A DNA stretch of 64,000 nucleotides from Camelus ferus (lineage: Eukaryota): NCBI RefSeq assembly GCF_009834535.1, contig NC_045697.1, positions 85,066,001 through 85,130,000 on the forward strand, given 5' to 3'. A model generated the notes under the pieces. The model had not been told where the DNA came from. It saw only the letters and a program-made list of their open reading frames with translations, and ran no database searches. Made by a program: the position numbers and the translations under genes. This document shows, one piece after another, positions 14,085 to 26,260 of this stretch (position 1 is its first letter; each line of letters begins with the position of its first letter).

Positions 14085-14672
14085 ATGTGTATTTATTGTG
14101 ATTTTCAAGTGCACAATTCAGTGATATTTAGTGAATTCACAGAGTTTTGCAGCTATCATCACTGTTCTCAGAAGATGCTCATCGTCCCAAAAAAGAAGTC
14201 TGTAACTTATGTACAGTCACTCCCTATTCCCCGCCTCTTCAGCCCCTGGCAACCACTAATCCAACTTCTGTCTCTGTTAAATTACCTGATCTGGATATTT
14301 CCTCTAAGAGGAATCATGTAATATGTGTCCTTTTGTAACTGGCTTCTTTCATTTAATGTGTTTTCAAGGTTCTTTGATATAGTAGCATGTAACAACACTT
14401 ACTCCCTCTTTATGGCTGAATAATATTCCATTCTATAGTTATATCGCATTTTGTTTATCTGGTCTTCAGTTGATGGACATTTCAGTTTCCACTTTTTAGC
14501 TATTATGATTATGAGCATTCATGTACAAGTTTTTGTGTGGACGTATTTTTAATTCTCTTGAGAGAATATGCCTAGGATGGAATCACTGTGTTATATAGTT
14601 TCACTGTGCTTCACCTTTTGAGGAAATGCTAAACTGTTTTTCAGAGTGGTTGCACTATGTTATAATCCCACC
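14085..14672 (-). mobile_element. L1MA/L1MB-type 3' end
   Basis: gtgcacaattcagtgatatttagtgaattcacagag..cccctggcaaccactaatcc..tatggctgaataatattccatt..gttgatggacattt..tttgaggaaatgctaaactgttt. Confidence 0.9.
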
Positions 14673-17030
14673 AAATGGCTCCATGTTTAAGGTCCTCTGG
14701 TTCTCTGAATCACTTGTCAGTACAACCTTTGGTGAAAGTGAATTGTACGACTGGAGGACCATTCACTCCTCCACCCCACGTGCTATAAGCACAGACACTC
14801 CATCACAGCCTTTGTAAATATGGACCTGGCACTCTCATTTTCTCCAACCTCTCCCACAATTTTCAGTTCTAAACTGTTCCTGCCACTATTTTAATCTTCA
14901 GTGTTATAACCTTGGTGCAACATTGATCTTCTCAGAGCCTTTCCTATAGAGGCTCTGCTGGTCCTGAAATTCCTAGGTTACACCAAAGATGAAACATTCC
15001 TTCATGAATCATTGTGAGCATTAAACACTGAGGCTCTGGCCCCCTGCCCTGTCCCACATGGCCTGTGTATTGCCAGCCATAAATATAGACATTAAAATGA
15101 CTTATGGACTTTGCCTGAAATTCAAAGTGAAAAACAAAAGGGAAATGATTAAATAGACAGCAGAAATGATCAATCTCTTTTACTTAAATTTTGTTTATGC
15201 TCTTTACGTAATGAATTACTTACAGTAACAGTAAGAAGAGAATTACCTAACATTCAGAAGATGTCTCTACTCCAATGTTTTAGAAGACTAATAAGTGGAA
15301 AACTTTTCAAAGTCTCTCTATTTTGTTTTTCTTAAACTGAAGTTCATGACCTTATATGATACACAGAAGACAAAAGTATTAAACTTTTGGCCAACTTTCT
15401 CACCCACACAACTCCCTAGAATTTTTCTGATTTTCAGTGACTTGAGTAGTAGAGTCCTACCATTTCCAGTTTGTAATAATTTTAGTTTGATGCTTCTACA
15501 GATTTTTTTGTGTGTCTTTCATTCAGTTGGACTAGATATTAAGATGATCAATTTCATTTTGTTTTTAAATTTTTTTGTACACAAAATTATGTATTTTCAC
15601 AGTTTTATTCCTCCCTTTTAGCTAATCTATAGTTATGATGTTATTTTTTTTTTCTTTCTTGACATATCTTAAGATTTCCTCAGATGTTAGTTTTAAGATC
15701 TGAGAATCAAAGAACATAAAGGGAAGAAACTAAATACTGCTGTATCCCAGCAGCATGGAAAAATAACTGAGTGGTTCCCTAGGGAAAGCTTTAAGTAGGA
15801 CGGTAGTAGACCGTGGCATGCACACGAGGCCAGAGTGGTCCAGACCTGCCTCACTGAGCTACCATCGTGCTTACAAGTGAGTTTCAAGTTCAGAAAGCTG
15901 TTTTTCTGGAGGCACTTTGGGGGATTAGATAAGAGAGGAAATTTTCAACTGTGTCTTTGTCAAACATCCAAGGTGATCAAGAAAGAAAATTATCTGTAAT
16001 TATCCCAGTTGCACACAAGTATCCAAATTGTACGGCTGGCTTTTAGTTTCACTTTATTTGTCCCCCTGCGCAGACTGTGGTGCTGCCCAGGCATTTATAG
16101 ATTTTGAGGGGAAACTGGTATTTTAAAAACTGAAATCGAAATATTAACCTTTAGGGACCTGTCACCTCTTTGCTGCATTTAGGGTTTACATTAAAATCCC
16201 CTGCAGTGAGACTATATTAGATTCCACAAATCTCATAGGCCTAATTTCTGTTTCCCAAGTTTCCACTGAGTTCTTTCATTGCCAAAATTGAGGTAATAGA
16301 AAACAAAAATAAAAGCAAAACAAAAGTCAAAATTACCTAGTTAGGAAATACTTGGGAAGAGCAAAGAACATTAAATTAGTTCATCAATCTTTAAAAAGGA
16401 TGATGGGTTTCATGAGACTAGAGAATAATTTTAGGAAACTAGTTTCTAAAATAAGTGAACATAATTTAATAATTCTAATTTGTTTATTTTGATAACATAG
16501 TTCGAGATTAAATGTTTATGTTTTATTCCTGATACATTATGATGAATATATTTAACAACTAAAAAAAATAAATTTAACTATTTACTTTATAAGGGTACGA
16601 ATATAAAAACCCAAGCATATATTCTGGGAAAGTTCTATGATTAATTTAGCAAAAAATTAGAATAAAAGGTGTTATTTAATTATCATCTTTTATTAAAGTG
16701 CATATATTTCAGATGCAAATGATGATATCCATTATAATGACTATGTGGTCCTCTTCACAGTCATTTACATATTTCAGTTCATTTTGAAATGATTGTTATA
16801 AAGTGAAAAGCAGGAATTGTGAGTAGTATAGCATGAATATGTTTATGTCCAGAGATGTTGTGAATCCAAGACTGTTGGATATTTAGTGAATTTCCATATC
16901 CCTTCATTATAAAATACATAAGCCTATTCAATCTGAATTTAGTGATTAACTTTAAATCAATTTACTCTATGTCAAATATCATTCACTCTATCATCTTTTT
17001 TTTTTTTTTAATGACGATGAGGTATAAATA

Positions 17031-17142
17031 CAGTCAGCCCTCCATATCCAAGGATGCTGAGCTTGCAGATATGGGGGGCTGACTGTCAGGGACTTGTGGG
17101 AGTCCTGGAACCAGTCCCCTTGCAGATACTGAGGGGGGACTC
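17031..17142 (-). mobile_element. TcMar-Tigger MITE, MER2-like (internally deleted)
   Basis: TA followed by cagtcagccctccatatcc; agggacttg..gtcctggaaccagtcccc..gatactgagggggga matches the MER2 terminus in antisense. Confidence 0.8.
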
Positions 17143-20100
17143 TCCTGACAGTTAGGTGCTCCTGGGAATGAGTCTGTCCAAAGGTGATGAGAGTCTTCCC
17201 AACAAGTTTGTCAAGAGAAACACTATTTCAATATTCAGTATAATCAGTTAGTATTCTTAAATTTTTTAAATTAAAAAACATGGAAACATCTATTCCTGCC
17301 AGATTCTATGAAAGCATCAGTTCTGTTTATGTCCAATACCATACTGGAAAGCAGATTCTAAGTATTTCTAAATAACAGTCATAATGATACTACATTCAAA
17401 AGGATGTGTAAAGTGTGTCCTTCAGAACAACCGCATTGCTAAAAAAAAAATACATAGTTTCGCATTCTGTCTATATATCATAAACGAGTGTTACTCATAA
17501 AGGATTTGAACTCCCTAAGCATATGTGTCCACTTCCACCATTAAAGTGAATTCAGGTGCTTGGCATGACTGTCTCCAGACAGGCTTTCTTTTAATAATTG
17601 ATGGCTGTGGTCTTACTGCCCCATCAAACTATATCTGGATACGCTCATGTTGTTTTTACAAGAGTTTCATACAACTCCGTGGTCTGCAGAACACGTGGGA
17701 AGTATCTCATAGTTTCTTTTATTAATATAAACTATTTTCACTTTCTTCAATGACAAATTGCCTGAAATTAGGTTTTTTACACCTATTATGACTGAACATG
17801 ATGAGAAATTCATCTGTAGACCACAGCTGTGTGTTGCAAGCTTTAAAAACCTTTGTGGCAGGGAAGCTGATGGTTACATTGCAAGGACCAAGCAGAAAGA
17901 GTCATTTATTTTGGTGGGTGACAGAAATGCTAGTTTTCAAATTTTTCAAAAAATGTAAAAGATTATTTGTTGAGATTCAAAACAGCATTTTAAACCCTGG
18001 CCAAAAGTATATGGTTTGAATGTGCATATTATGAGAAGCTGTTTGAAAACTTCTGCTGAGCCACTAAATTCAAACAGAAAACAGTTCTACTCTTTTATTA
18101 TGATTTCAGCATCCCTTGAATGCCAGAAACACGGCAGGCATTGCCAGTGACAGAAACAATCCCAGTGAATGCACCACTTACATGAAACAGAGAAAACAGA
18201 TCTTTGTGAAGCATGGGAATGTGATCCACGCATGCATGGATCCCATGTTTCCTACGTGTATTTGACACGCACGTTTATAATTATTCTCACCTGGCATAGT
18301 TAATATTGTCTGGTGATTTGCCATAGATGACAACTGCCTGCCTTCAAAATCTATCAGAGGAACATAATGATCTGACTTTTGAAAAGTTGCTGACAACAAG
18401 GAACAAAAGCATATTAAAAAATCAAATTCAATACTAACATCAAATAAGAGCTTTACAGTAAAAATCGGAAAACATTAGGAAATCACAAATAAATTCCATA
18501 AAATTGAAAGAGACTTAAATGTCTATTTTTCTTGGGCCATTAATACATGCACTAGAAGAATTTGATTTGAATGCTCTTCACAAGAAGAAAGAACGTGACT
18601 GGTTGCTGTTAAGAAATTTTATCATAAAATACAAGGTAGAGTCAATGTCTAAATTTCATGAATTATGGGCACCATCTTTTCACATATCAAGAATACCATG
18701 AGTATTCTCAATGTCTAAAGTATGATAAAATAGAAATAGACTAACTCCATGAAATAATCACAACAAAGCAGCAATGTTGTGTTTACCGAGTAAACATTAG
18801 AGCAAGATTTTATTCTTTAATTTTAGGCATAGGCATGTGCCACTGTCAGTTGAGATTTTATTCCTACAGAGAAACACAAGATTTGGACTAAAATTTTTGG
18901 TAGAAATTTTAGCATATATTACCTTAGTCATAGTCAATGCTAGCTGTCATCAAGGCAGAACATGTGACAATAAATAAATTATTATTTAACTTTGTCAACA
19001 TAAATATACAAAGAATAATAATTCGTAATTTTCATGTTTGTCCTATTTTATTTGAGCATTAAACACTGTTTAATATTAAACATGTAATACTCATTTTCCT
19101 TAATTTTATTTAAAACCTTAAAAATGCTAACTATTAAGTTGGTTCACAGAATTTCTTAATGCAATTGTACTTTGTTAACAATCTCATGACTTGAAAGTCT
19201 TCTTTTAGAAATGAGCAATTCAAAACACTTAAAATCCAACTCAATTCTATGTATTACAAAACAGGCAAAATAATTATTGAATGGTTGAACCTGTAATAAA
19301 CCTAATAATGAATTAGTGAAATGTAAGCGGTTTTTTTTTTTCACTAATTAGTCATTGCAAAAGCAGCATTTTCAATGAAAATTGTAAGTTTAAAAGTTAG
19401 TTTAATAGCTTATGGCAAAATAAGAACAACAGGAGCTTGAAACGTCTAAGTTAAAAGGATAATTTTGTCAAGATAATTTTTTTAGACCAGAATATGAAAT
19501 TGCTTTTTACATTGTAAATTTCTCAGAAATAGATCAAAGAAATAGAAATAAAATTTTCAAGAATGTCAGATGGGCTTCATAATTATTTTTTTAGAATAAG
19601 ATAAACAAATCAACAAAATACTACATTCTTTAAAGAAGGTTACACAGGTTTTCTTTAGAATATAAATAACAAGCAGGAAGAAAAAAACATATCCTACATA
19701 TGTTCCAAATAGTAATAATACCACATGCTCAATAAATATTCCTTGAATAACAAACCAGCACAGTACCAAGTGTTAAATATAAGGATCTTAAGATAAAAAA
19801 GTGTATTTCAGCTAATCACCTTAAAAAATTTTAGAGGACAATCTGCTTTGTTGTGGTGGTTCTTTATAAGTGGTATGCATAATTAGATATAAATGACAAA
19901 AGTAAAACATTCTAGGCTAGAAAAATTTTAATTAAGGTAAAAATTCTTCCTTCTTAAAGAGACATATATATCAAATTCTTAGAATATTTAAAAATCAAAC
20001 TAAGAGAAAAGTCTTAAGAAAAGTTATTAAAATGTTATATCATAATTCATATTATTTTTTCAATTGACGATAACATTTGTTTATATAACATTTATTAAAA

Positions 20101-21837
20101 TACATGAAAATGTTGTATACACAAATGAAATTCATTTGGGATTGGCAGTTCTTTAATAGAAAATTTATGAAGATGGGCTTTAGTTGATAATTTTCAATTC
20201 AAAATGATCTCATTAAACTAAAGAATGTAACAGTGCAAGCACTGTGACGTTGCAGTCTGAACTGATGGGGGCGTGTTCTCCTGCCCATTGCTGAGCCTGC
20301 AAGTGTGCTCATTCCTGGGTGACACAGCTGTCTGCAAGCCTTACTGTTCTTTCTCAAAACTTGTAGTGGCAGGTGTGTCTTGTCACTCTCTGGTGTACGT
20401 TACAGGCCTGCCTTGTTTATCATTCCAGGATGAGCTCTGATGTGAGTGACCCTGACAGTGCAGAATATAATCAAATGCCCTTTGAACCGAGGAAGTGGAA
20501 TTTATTGCTGTTAACACATTTTACAGTTTATAGGGTCATCAGCCCCTTAGCTTCTGAGAGTTTTTTTCAAGTTTGACTTTGAATCTACAGATACAACTGA
20601 TTTATATCACAGACTTGACATGGAATGTGATACTTAATGTTTCCTTTCATAAACTCCTTACTCATATATGAACTATAATAATTTTTAAAGAGTCAATAAG
20701 ATAATGTTTTTCCTTCATCTACCTCAGCAAGGAGTAATAGTATATTTCTTCGACAGTGAATTTTCTGTACTGGAGAAAAAGATGTTTAACATTAATTTAG
20801 TCAACTTTTAAATAACTGCATTACAATTTCAAATGCATCCTCTAAGCCCCAATCAATATGTATTAAGCTTATTTCTGAAAAGTAAATTAGTAAATAAATT
20901 AAATAAATAGAACATATTATTTCGAAATACTATACAAATGTCACCTGTCCACTAGTTTTACTAGCTACACTCATAAACATTTTTTTTTCTGAATAAGAAG
21001 AAACTTAAATTTAAAGCAATTGCTATTTGCTAAGGGTGTGTGTATTTTAATTTAAGATCTGGGATTTAAATTAATAATTGGTTAGAAGATAAAGATTTTA
21101 AGGAAGAAGAAAGTATTCTTAAATTCTAACAAGAAAAAAGAATGGAAATAAGTCATATTGATTCAATAACTTTACATAGAGTTGAAATCAATTTAGAATT
21201 AAATTAAATGAGATATATTTCTTAATCATAACCAAAGACTCATTTACTCAGACACAAGTCAGTTTACCTTAAACTCAAGTTTTTAGTTCAAGTACAGTGA
21301 GAATCTGTTCACTGAAATGACTACTTAACAGTAAAAAGCTATTTAAAGAGTTTTGTGAATTTATACCATTGAATTATTGTATTACTTTATAATATAGACG
21401 AACATCAAAGATGCAAAAAGATGATGAAGTATATGTATTTGACAAACTTCTTGGTTATATGCAGCAGAAATCAACTCTGGCTAACTAGACTCAAACAGAA
21501 TTCTTGGAAAGATTTCAGGTAACTTATAAATCTGGAGACATGTTGGCATATAAGATTAAGAGAACAGGAAGGGACAAAGCAGGGGCTTCAGGTTACCAAG
21601 AATACAAGCACAGTCGAATGCTGCCCTGGTGCAGCCACCACTATATCCTGCCCACAGAGCCCCTCAACTCAACCCCACTGCATCCGCTCCTCTGACACAC
21701 CAGCATAGCAGTGTCTGCCGTAGCAGTATCCAGCCCTGCTTCTTGGCATCGCCTGGCTCAGGCTCAACGTCACAGAGAGAAGATACCTCAAATGACTTTG
21801 AGGAGACCAATCTCATATTGCCAAGCAAAGACCCAGT

Positions 21838-21936
21838 GGGTTATGGGTTGAACTGTGTCCTCTTTCTCCAAAAATTTATATGTTGAAGTCCTAAACCTAA
21901 TAGTAGCTCAGAATGTGACCTGATTATATTTGGAAA
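21838..21936 (+). mobile_element. MaLR LTR 5' fragment (MLT1B/C-like)
   Basis: gttatgggttgaactgtgtcc..aaaatttatatgttgaagtcctaa..cagaatgtgacc..atttggaaa. Confidence 0.8.
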
Positions 21937-23589
21937 ATTCAGCAATATGAGAAAGTTACATGGCACCCTTTCGTAATATTTTTCTAAGAGTCACGGAAGC
22001 TAAATAAGGACTTGATAATTTCAGTGGGTCCGTGGATCAGGTTTTGTGCAGGTTCTGAATCATATTGAATTGTCCCCTCTTAGCAGTCATCTAGAAGTTT
22101 GCCTGAGACACTGAAGCTAAGCCTGTATTTTCTGCTCAAAGAAAAGTAGAAAGCAGAGCCAGCTGATACCCAGGAATCTGCCTTAAATTTGGTCCCACTA
22201 CTGATGTCCTAAGAACAAGAGCTACCTGGAAGCCTTGCCAACCGCCAAGAATTTCCTGGGTGCAAAATAGAATCCATGTTACTATGCACACCTGTTCCAA
22301 ATTTGACTCAGTGGAAAATACTCCCCCTTCCCCAGCTCACTCTTTTGAGGCTGTCTTCACCAAATTCACAATAACCAGCTTTCCCCATCCCAGAGAAGAA
22401 AATTTGCCCATTCAAAATTTTAGGTTTTACTTTAAAGATTTTCATTGTAAATTTCATTGCTTGTATACCTCAAATACTCTGCAGTGAAACAGCTATACGC
22501 TGCCAGTGAATTGAAGCAAATCTTTCATTTGAACACTTGACTTTTGTGGAAAACTTTAAAATATTCCTGGAGAGAGCTGCCAAGGGCATTCAAAAATTTT
22601 TACTACCTCTCGTCTAAAGAAAATGTCTTGCCTATTAAAAAGAACTATGTCAATGTTCAGCAACCTTATGAAGGCAAGTTAATTTTTAAGACCAGTCTAT
22701 TGAAAAACAAAGGGAATTTTTGTCTTTTGTGGGGGCCTGATAAACAGAAGAAAAATATGCGGAGTTCACAAGTCAGACTGAAGACCTCTGAGTCCCCTAG
22801 GCTTTTCCTCCAGGTGGTAGCAATTGTATTTTAATATTGAAACTGATGGGGTGTTTATAGTATCAGAGGAGGAATCAGGAGTCACACGGTCTACCTTAGC
22901 TTGGAATCATCTGTATAACCTCAGGCAACTCACTTTCCAGGGAATGCCTCACAGCTTAATTATCATCAGAATCGTGATTTGAGAATCCTCATCAGAGTGG
23001 AATTCTGAGGTGTTCTGCCTTTGCAGCTCAAGTTTCAGATAGTTAGCCTTAGGCTCACAAAAGCACAGGTACTGCCAGGAGTAAATGCTTTGGAAAAAGG
23101 AGTCGTTTCAGAAGTGAGCCATCTTTTATGTGGAATTGCCCAAACTTTGTCTGTTAGCAAGATTGTGGTATTTGAAGTAACTTGGGTAATTAAAAATCTC
23201 CCCTAGACATAGAAAAGTTCTGGCCAAAGGTCAAATCTCTGATGGTGTAACAAGGTCAGAATGTCAAAAGAGCTCTATAATATTATTACCTGTGTCCTTT
23301 AGTTCAACATTTTCAGTGTCCTGGCAAAATATTTACAGGGCCATTTTCTCTGATCTGTTAAATATTATGTAGAAGGAAATTAATTTCTACTCCTCGTTTA
23401 GACTCTTTAAAGGCAGTGGCACCTCCAGTCTTCTCTTTTTCTGCATTCTGGTCATATATAGCACGAAACCTTCGAAAGTTGCTTTAATCTCCTTGTTCCA
23501 TGTAACACAAGCTGCTTACGTCTCAGAACCCTTTCATCAATGACAGGACTGAATAGGGCTCCTGATTGCTCTTTCTTGTGTTTCCTTCT

Positions 23590-24735
23590 TGTTGTATGGG
23601 TCACCCTGCCTTGGCTTCCTCAGAAGGACACTCTTCTGGCTTCTGTTCCTCAGTGTCCTTTTATGGCTCCGTCTCTACTGATCTTGGAACCCTGGGCTCT
23701 CCTTTCCCTTTATTATTGTGGTTTCAATGACCATATGTGTTCCGATGACACACAGGTAGGGAACTTCAGCCCAGAACCACTTCTTTTAGACTCTGATGTT
23801 GAAATCTGCTTACTTGTAGGCATACACTCCTCAAACTGGACCAAAACAGAACTGTTTGTCCTATTCCCTACTCCAGCCTGCTTGTTCCTCTTGGCTTCTC
23901 GGCCTCAGAAAATGACCTCACCATCCATCTCGTTGCTCCAGCCAATCTCCCTTTCCTATATCCTCCTCAGCAACAATCCCTGTTACTTCCAAGAGTATCT
24001 CAATCCACGGGCTCTCTGCCCCTCCCTGCCGCACATCTCCATCCGATCCTTCATCTCTGTGAGAGCAGTGACTGCTTTTTTTCTGGACTCTGGCTTCTAC
24101 TCTTGCTCTCACCACACAGAAGCCAGAGTGATCTCTTTAAAATGAAAATTAAATAAATTATTCCTTTGTTTAAAATATTTCCTTTTTTTTTTTTTTTTTT
24201 CTGTCTTTGCACCTAAAATAAAACTCTTTCTTCTTACCATAGCCTATAAGGCACTGGTAACTGGCCTCTGCATACCTCTGTAAACCCATCTGGTGCTACC
24301 CTGCCTCTTGTTCTTTTTTTTCCAGGGATGCTGGCCTTCTGGCCACTGATAGAACGTTCTAAGTCCTTCCTGCTTCCAAGCGTTAGTCCTTTCTGTGTCC
24401 AAAATAAGGACCCCCCAACCCCCGTCACTCCCATAGTTGTCCTGACTTACTTATTCAGTTATCAGCTTCTCTTTGAGAAGTCAACTTCTCAGAGAGGCCC
24501 ACTATAAATAGATTTGTCCCACTTTATATCTATCATAGATAGCACTTTTTATTTTATACAAATATTTCTGCAACTTACAGTTACTATCTTTATTTGTTTG
24601 CTAGCTAATTGTCTGTCTCCATCATCAGAACACAAGCTCTGTGAGAACAATGCCTATGTCCTCTTCAAACATTCCAACTGCTAGCATTATGTAACTACAG
24701 TAGGTACTTAATAAATATTGGTTGATTGATTGATT
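23590..24735 (+). mobile_element. L2 LINE 3' portion
   Basis: Pyrimidine-rich L2 body (agccagagtgatctctttaaaatg, tcaacttctcagagaggcc) ending in cagtaggtacttaataaatattggttgattgattga. Confidence 0.85.
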
Positions 24736-25319
24736 TTTTTGAGTGCATAATGAACACCGGTGAGTCCTGATTTTTGTTTTGGTACTCCTCTGTAAAAATA
24801 TTTTATATAGTCTGTGTCTTCTATTTTAGCAGTGCTCAGTATAACATAGCCTTCTAACCAATATTTATTTTAAATATGCAGCTTGTACATGTAGTTTTAC
24901 AATTATGCATCTCAAATTTGATGAGCTTGTTTTGTTTAAATGGTCACAAGCTTTTCCTATCAAGAATACATTCCTATCAATAACACTTTTGACCCCCTAT
25001 CAATGAACTATACTTTGTTTTCTATATTTTCTTTCACCAGAAAACAAGATTGTGGGATAGCCTTATAGTCAGCTGCATGATTCGACTGAGTTTCAGAGCA
25101 ACTTTCATTCGAGTACAATTTGGAGATTCGAGAGATCTTCAATTTCAAAATCTAGTATTCTGGTTTTCCATTATTCTTAAGTCCTCTATTTGCTCCCCTA
25201 ACACATAGAAAATAATTATTGATAAAATATTGACGGTTCCCTCATTTATTTACAGACATGTAGCCTTGTAATAGTTAATATCTTCATACATATATGTGAG
25301 CAATGGATTATAAGTTTAT

Positions 25320-25520
25320 TCATACCACAAGTTTTAAGTGCCTAATATGTGCAGACATTCTGTGAGCCAGTGGGTATATAGAGATAAATACTAAATAGTC
25401 CTTATCGTCAAAGATGTTGCATTCCAGGAACCATGATCGATGTGATAAATAACACATTAGAGATGTATATATAAGTTGCTCCAGAAAAATAGAGATAAAG
25501 GGCAGGGGTAGAGGGGAATG
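25320..25520 (-). mobile_element. L2 3' end fragment
   Basis: aagtgcctaatatgtgcagacattctg..gagataaatactaaatagtccttatcgtcaaagatgttgcattccagg. Confidence 0.65.
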
Positions 25521-25529
25521 AACGTTGAA

Positions 25530-25720
25530 TTCCTGTTGCGTTCTAGGCATTGGACAATCATTTTACATACAAAACCTCATTTAATTTTTACAACCATCTT
25601 GGGACTCAGAAATTGAGCTCATGGAAATCTTGGAACTTGGCCCATATTGCATAGCTAGAAAATGGTGTGGTGAGAGTTCCAAGCCAAATTTATCAAACTT
25701 CAGACCCCATGTTCTCTCTA
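25530..25720 (-). mobile_element. MIR SINE
   Basis: ttctaggcattggacaatcattttacatac..ctcatttaatttttacaacc..aacttggcccatattgcatagctag..aaacttcagacccc. Confidence 0.65.
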
Positions 25721-25899
25721 CTACTGCCTGTGGCCTAATTCTTCTTAAGATATGAGGAGGTAGGAAGAGCCAAGAAACGGCTGAGAGATGGTATGACATT
25801 TAGAATAAGGAAATATGCATAAGACTCACAGGTCATTTCATTGTGATTGTCTTTTTGGAGCAGGAGGGAGCTACCAGCAGGTAGAAAGCGTCAGGATCA

Positions 25900-26260
25900 A
25901 GGTGAACCCAATGAAGGAATGGCAAGCATTTTGGAGCACTTGGAGCTTAAGGAGAAATTAGAGATGGGCAAGATCTGATAACGTAGAGGTCGACAGGAAA
26001 CAAGTCACAAATGGTCTTCAGTGCCAAGCCAGGGAGTCTTGATTTCATAATAAAACACAGAGAAGTGGGGGACTACTTGACCAGTGTTGCATTTCTGCGG
26101 GGATCCTTCTGGTGGCAGCGTGGAGAAGACAAAGGGATCCATCCAGGCCGGTAGTGTTCCAGGCAAGAAGAGACGGTAACTGAGTCAGATAGTGATAATC
26201 AGGATGAACAGCAAGTGATAGATTCTACAGATTTTAAGGACATAAAGGCCACAGGATTTG
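25900..26260 (-). mobile_element. L2 fragment
   Basis: gtgccaagccagggagtcttgattt..ttctggtggcagcgtggagaa..ccaggcaagaagagacgg..atagattctacagatttt. Confidence 0.6.

Noticed and set aside
23540..24145. 201-aa ORF
   Set aside because: Lies within a decayed L2 element; Leu/Ser/Pro-rich from pyrimidine bias, with no recognisable domain.
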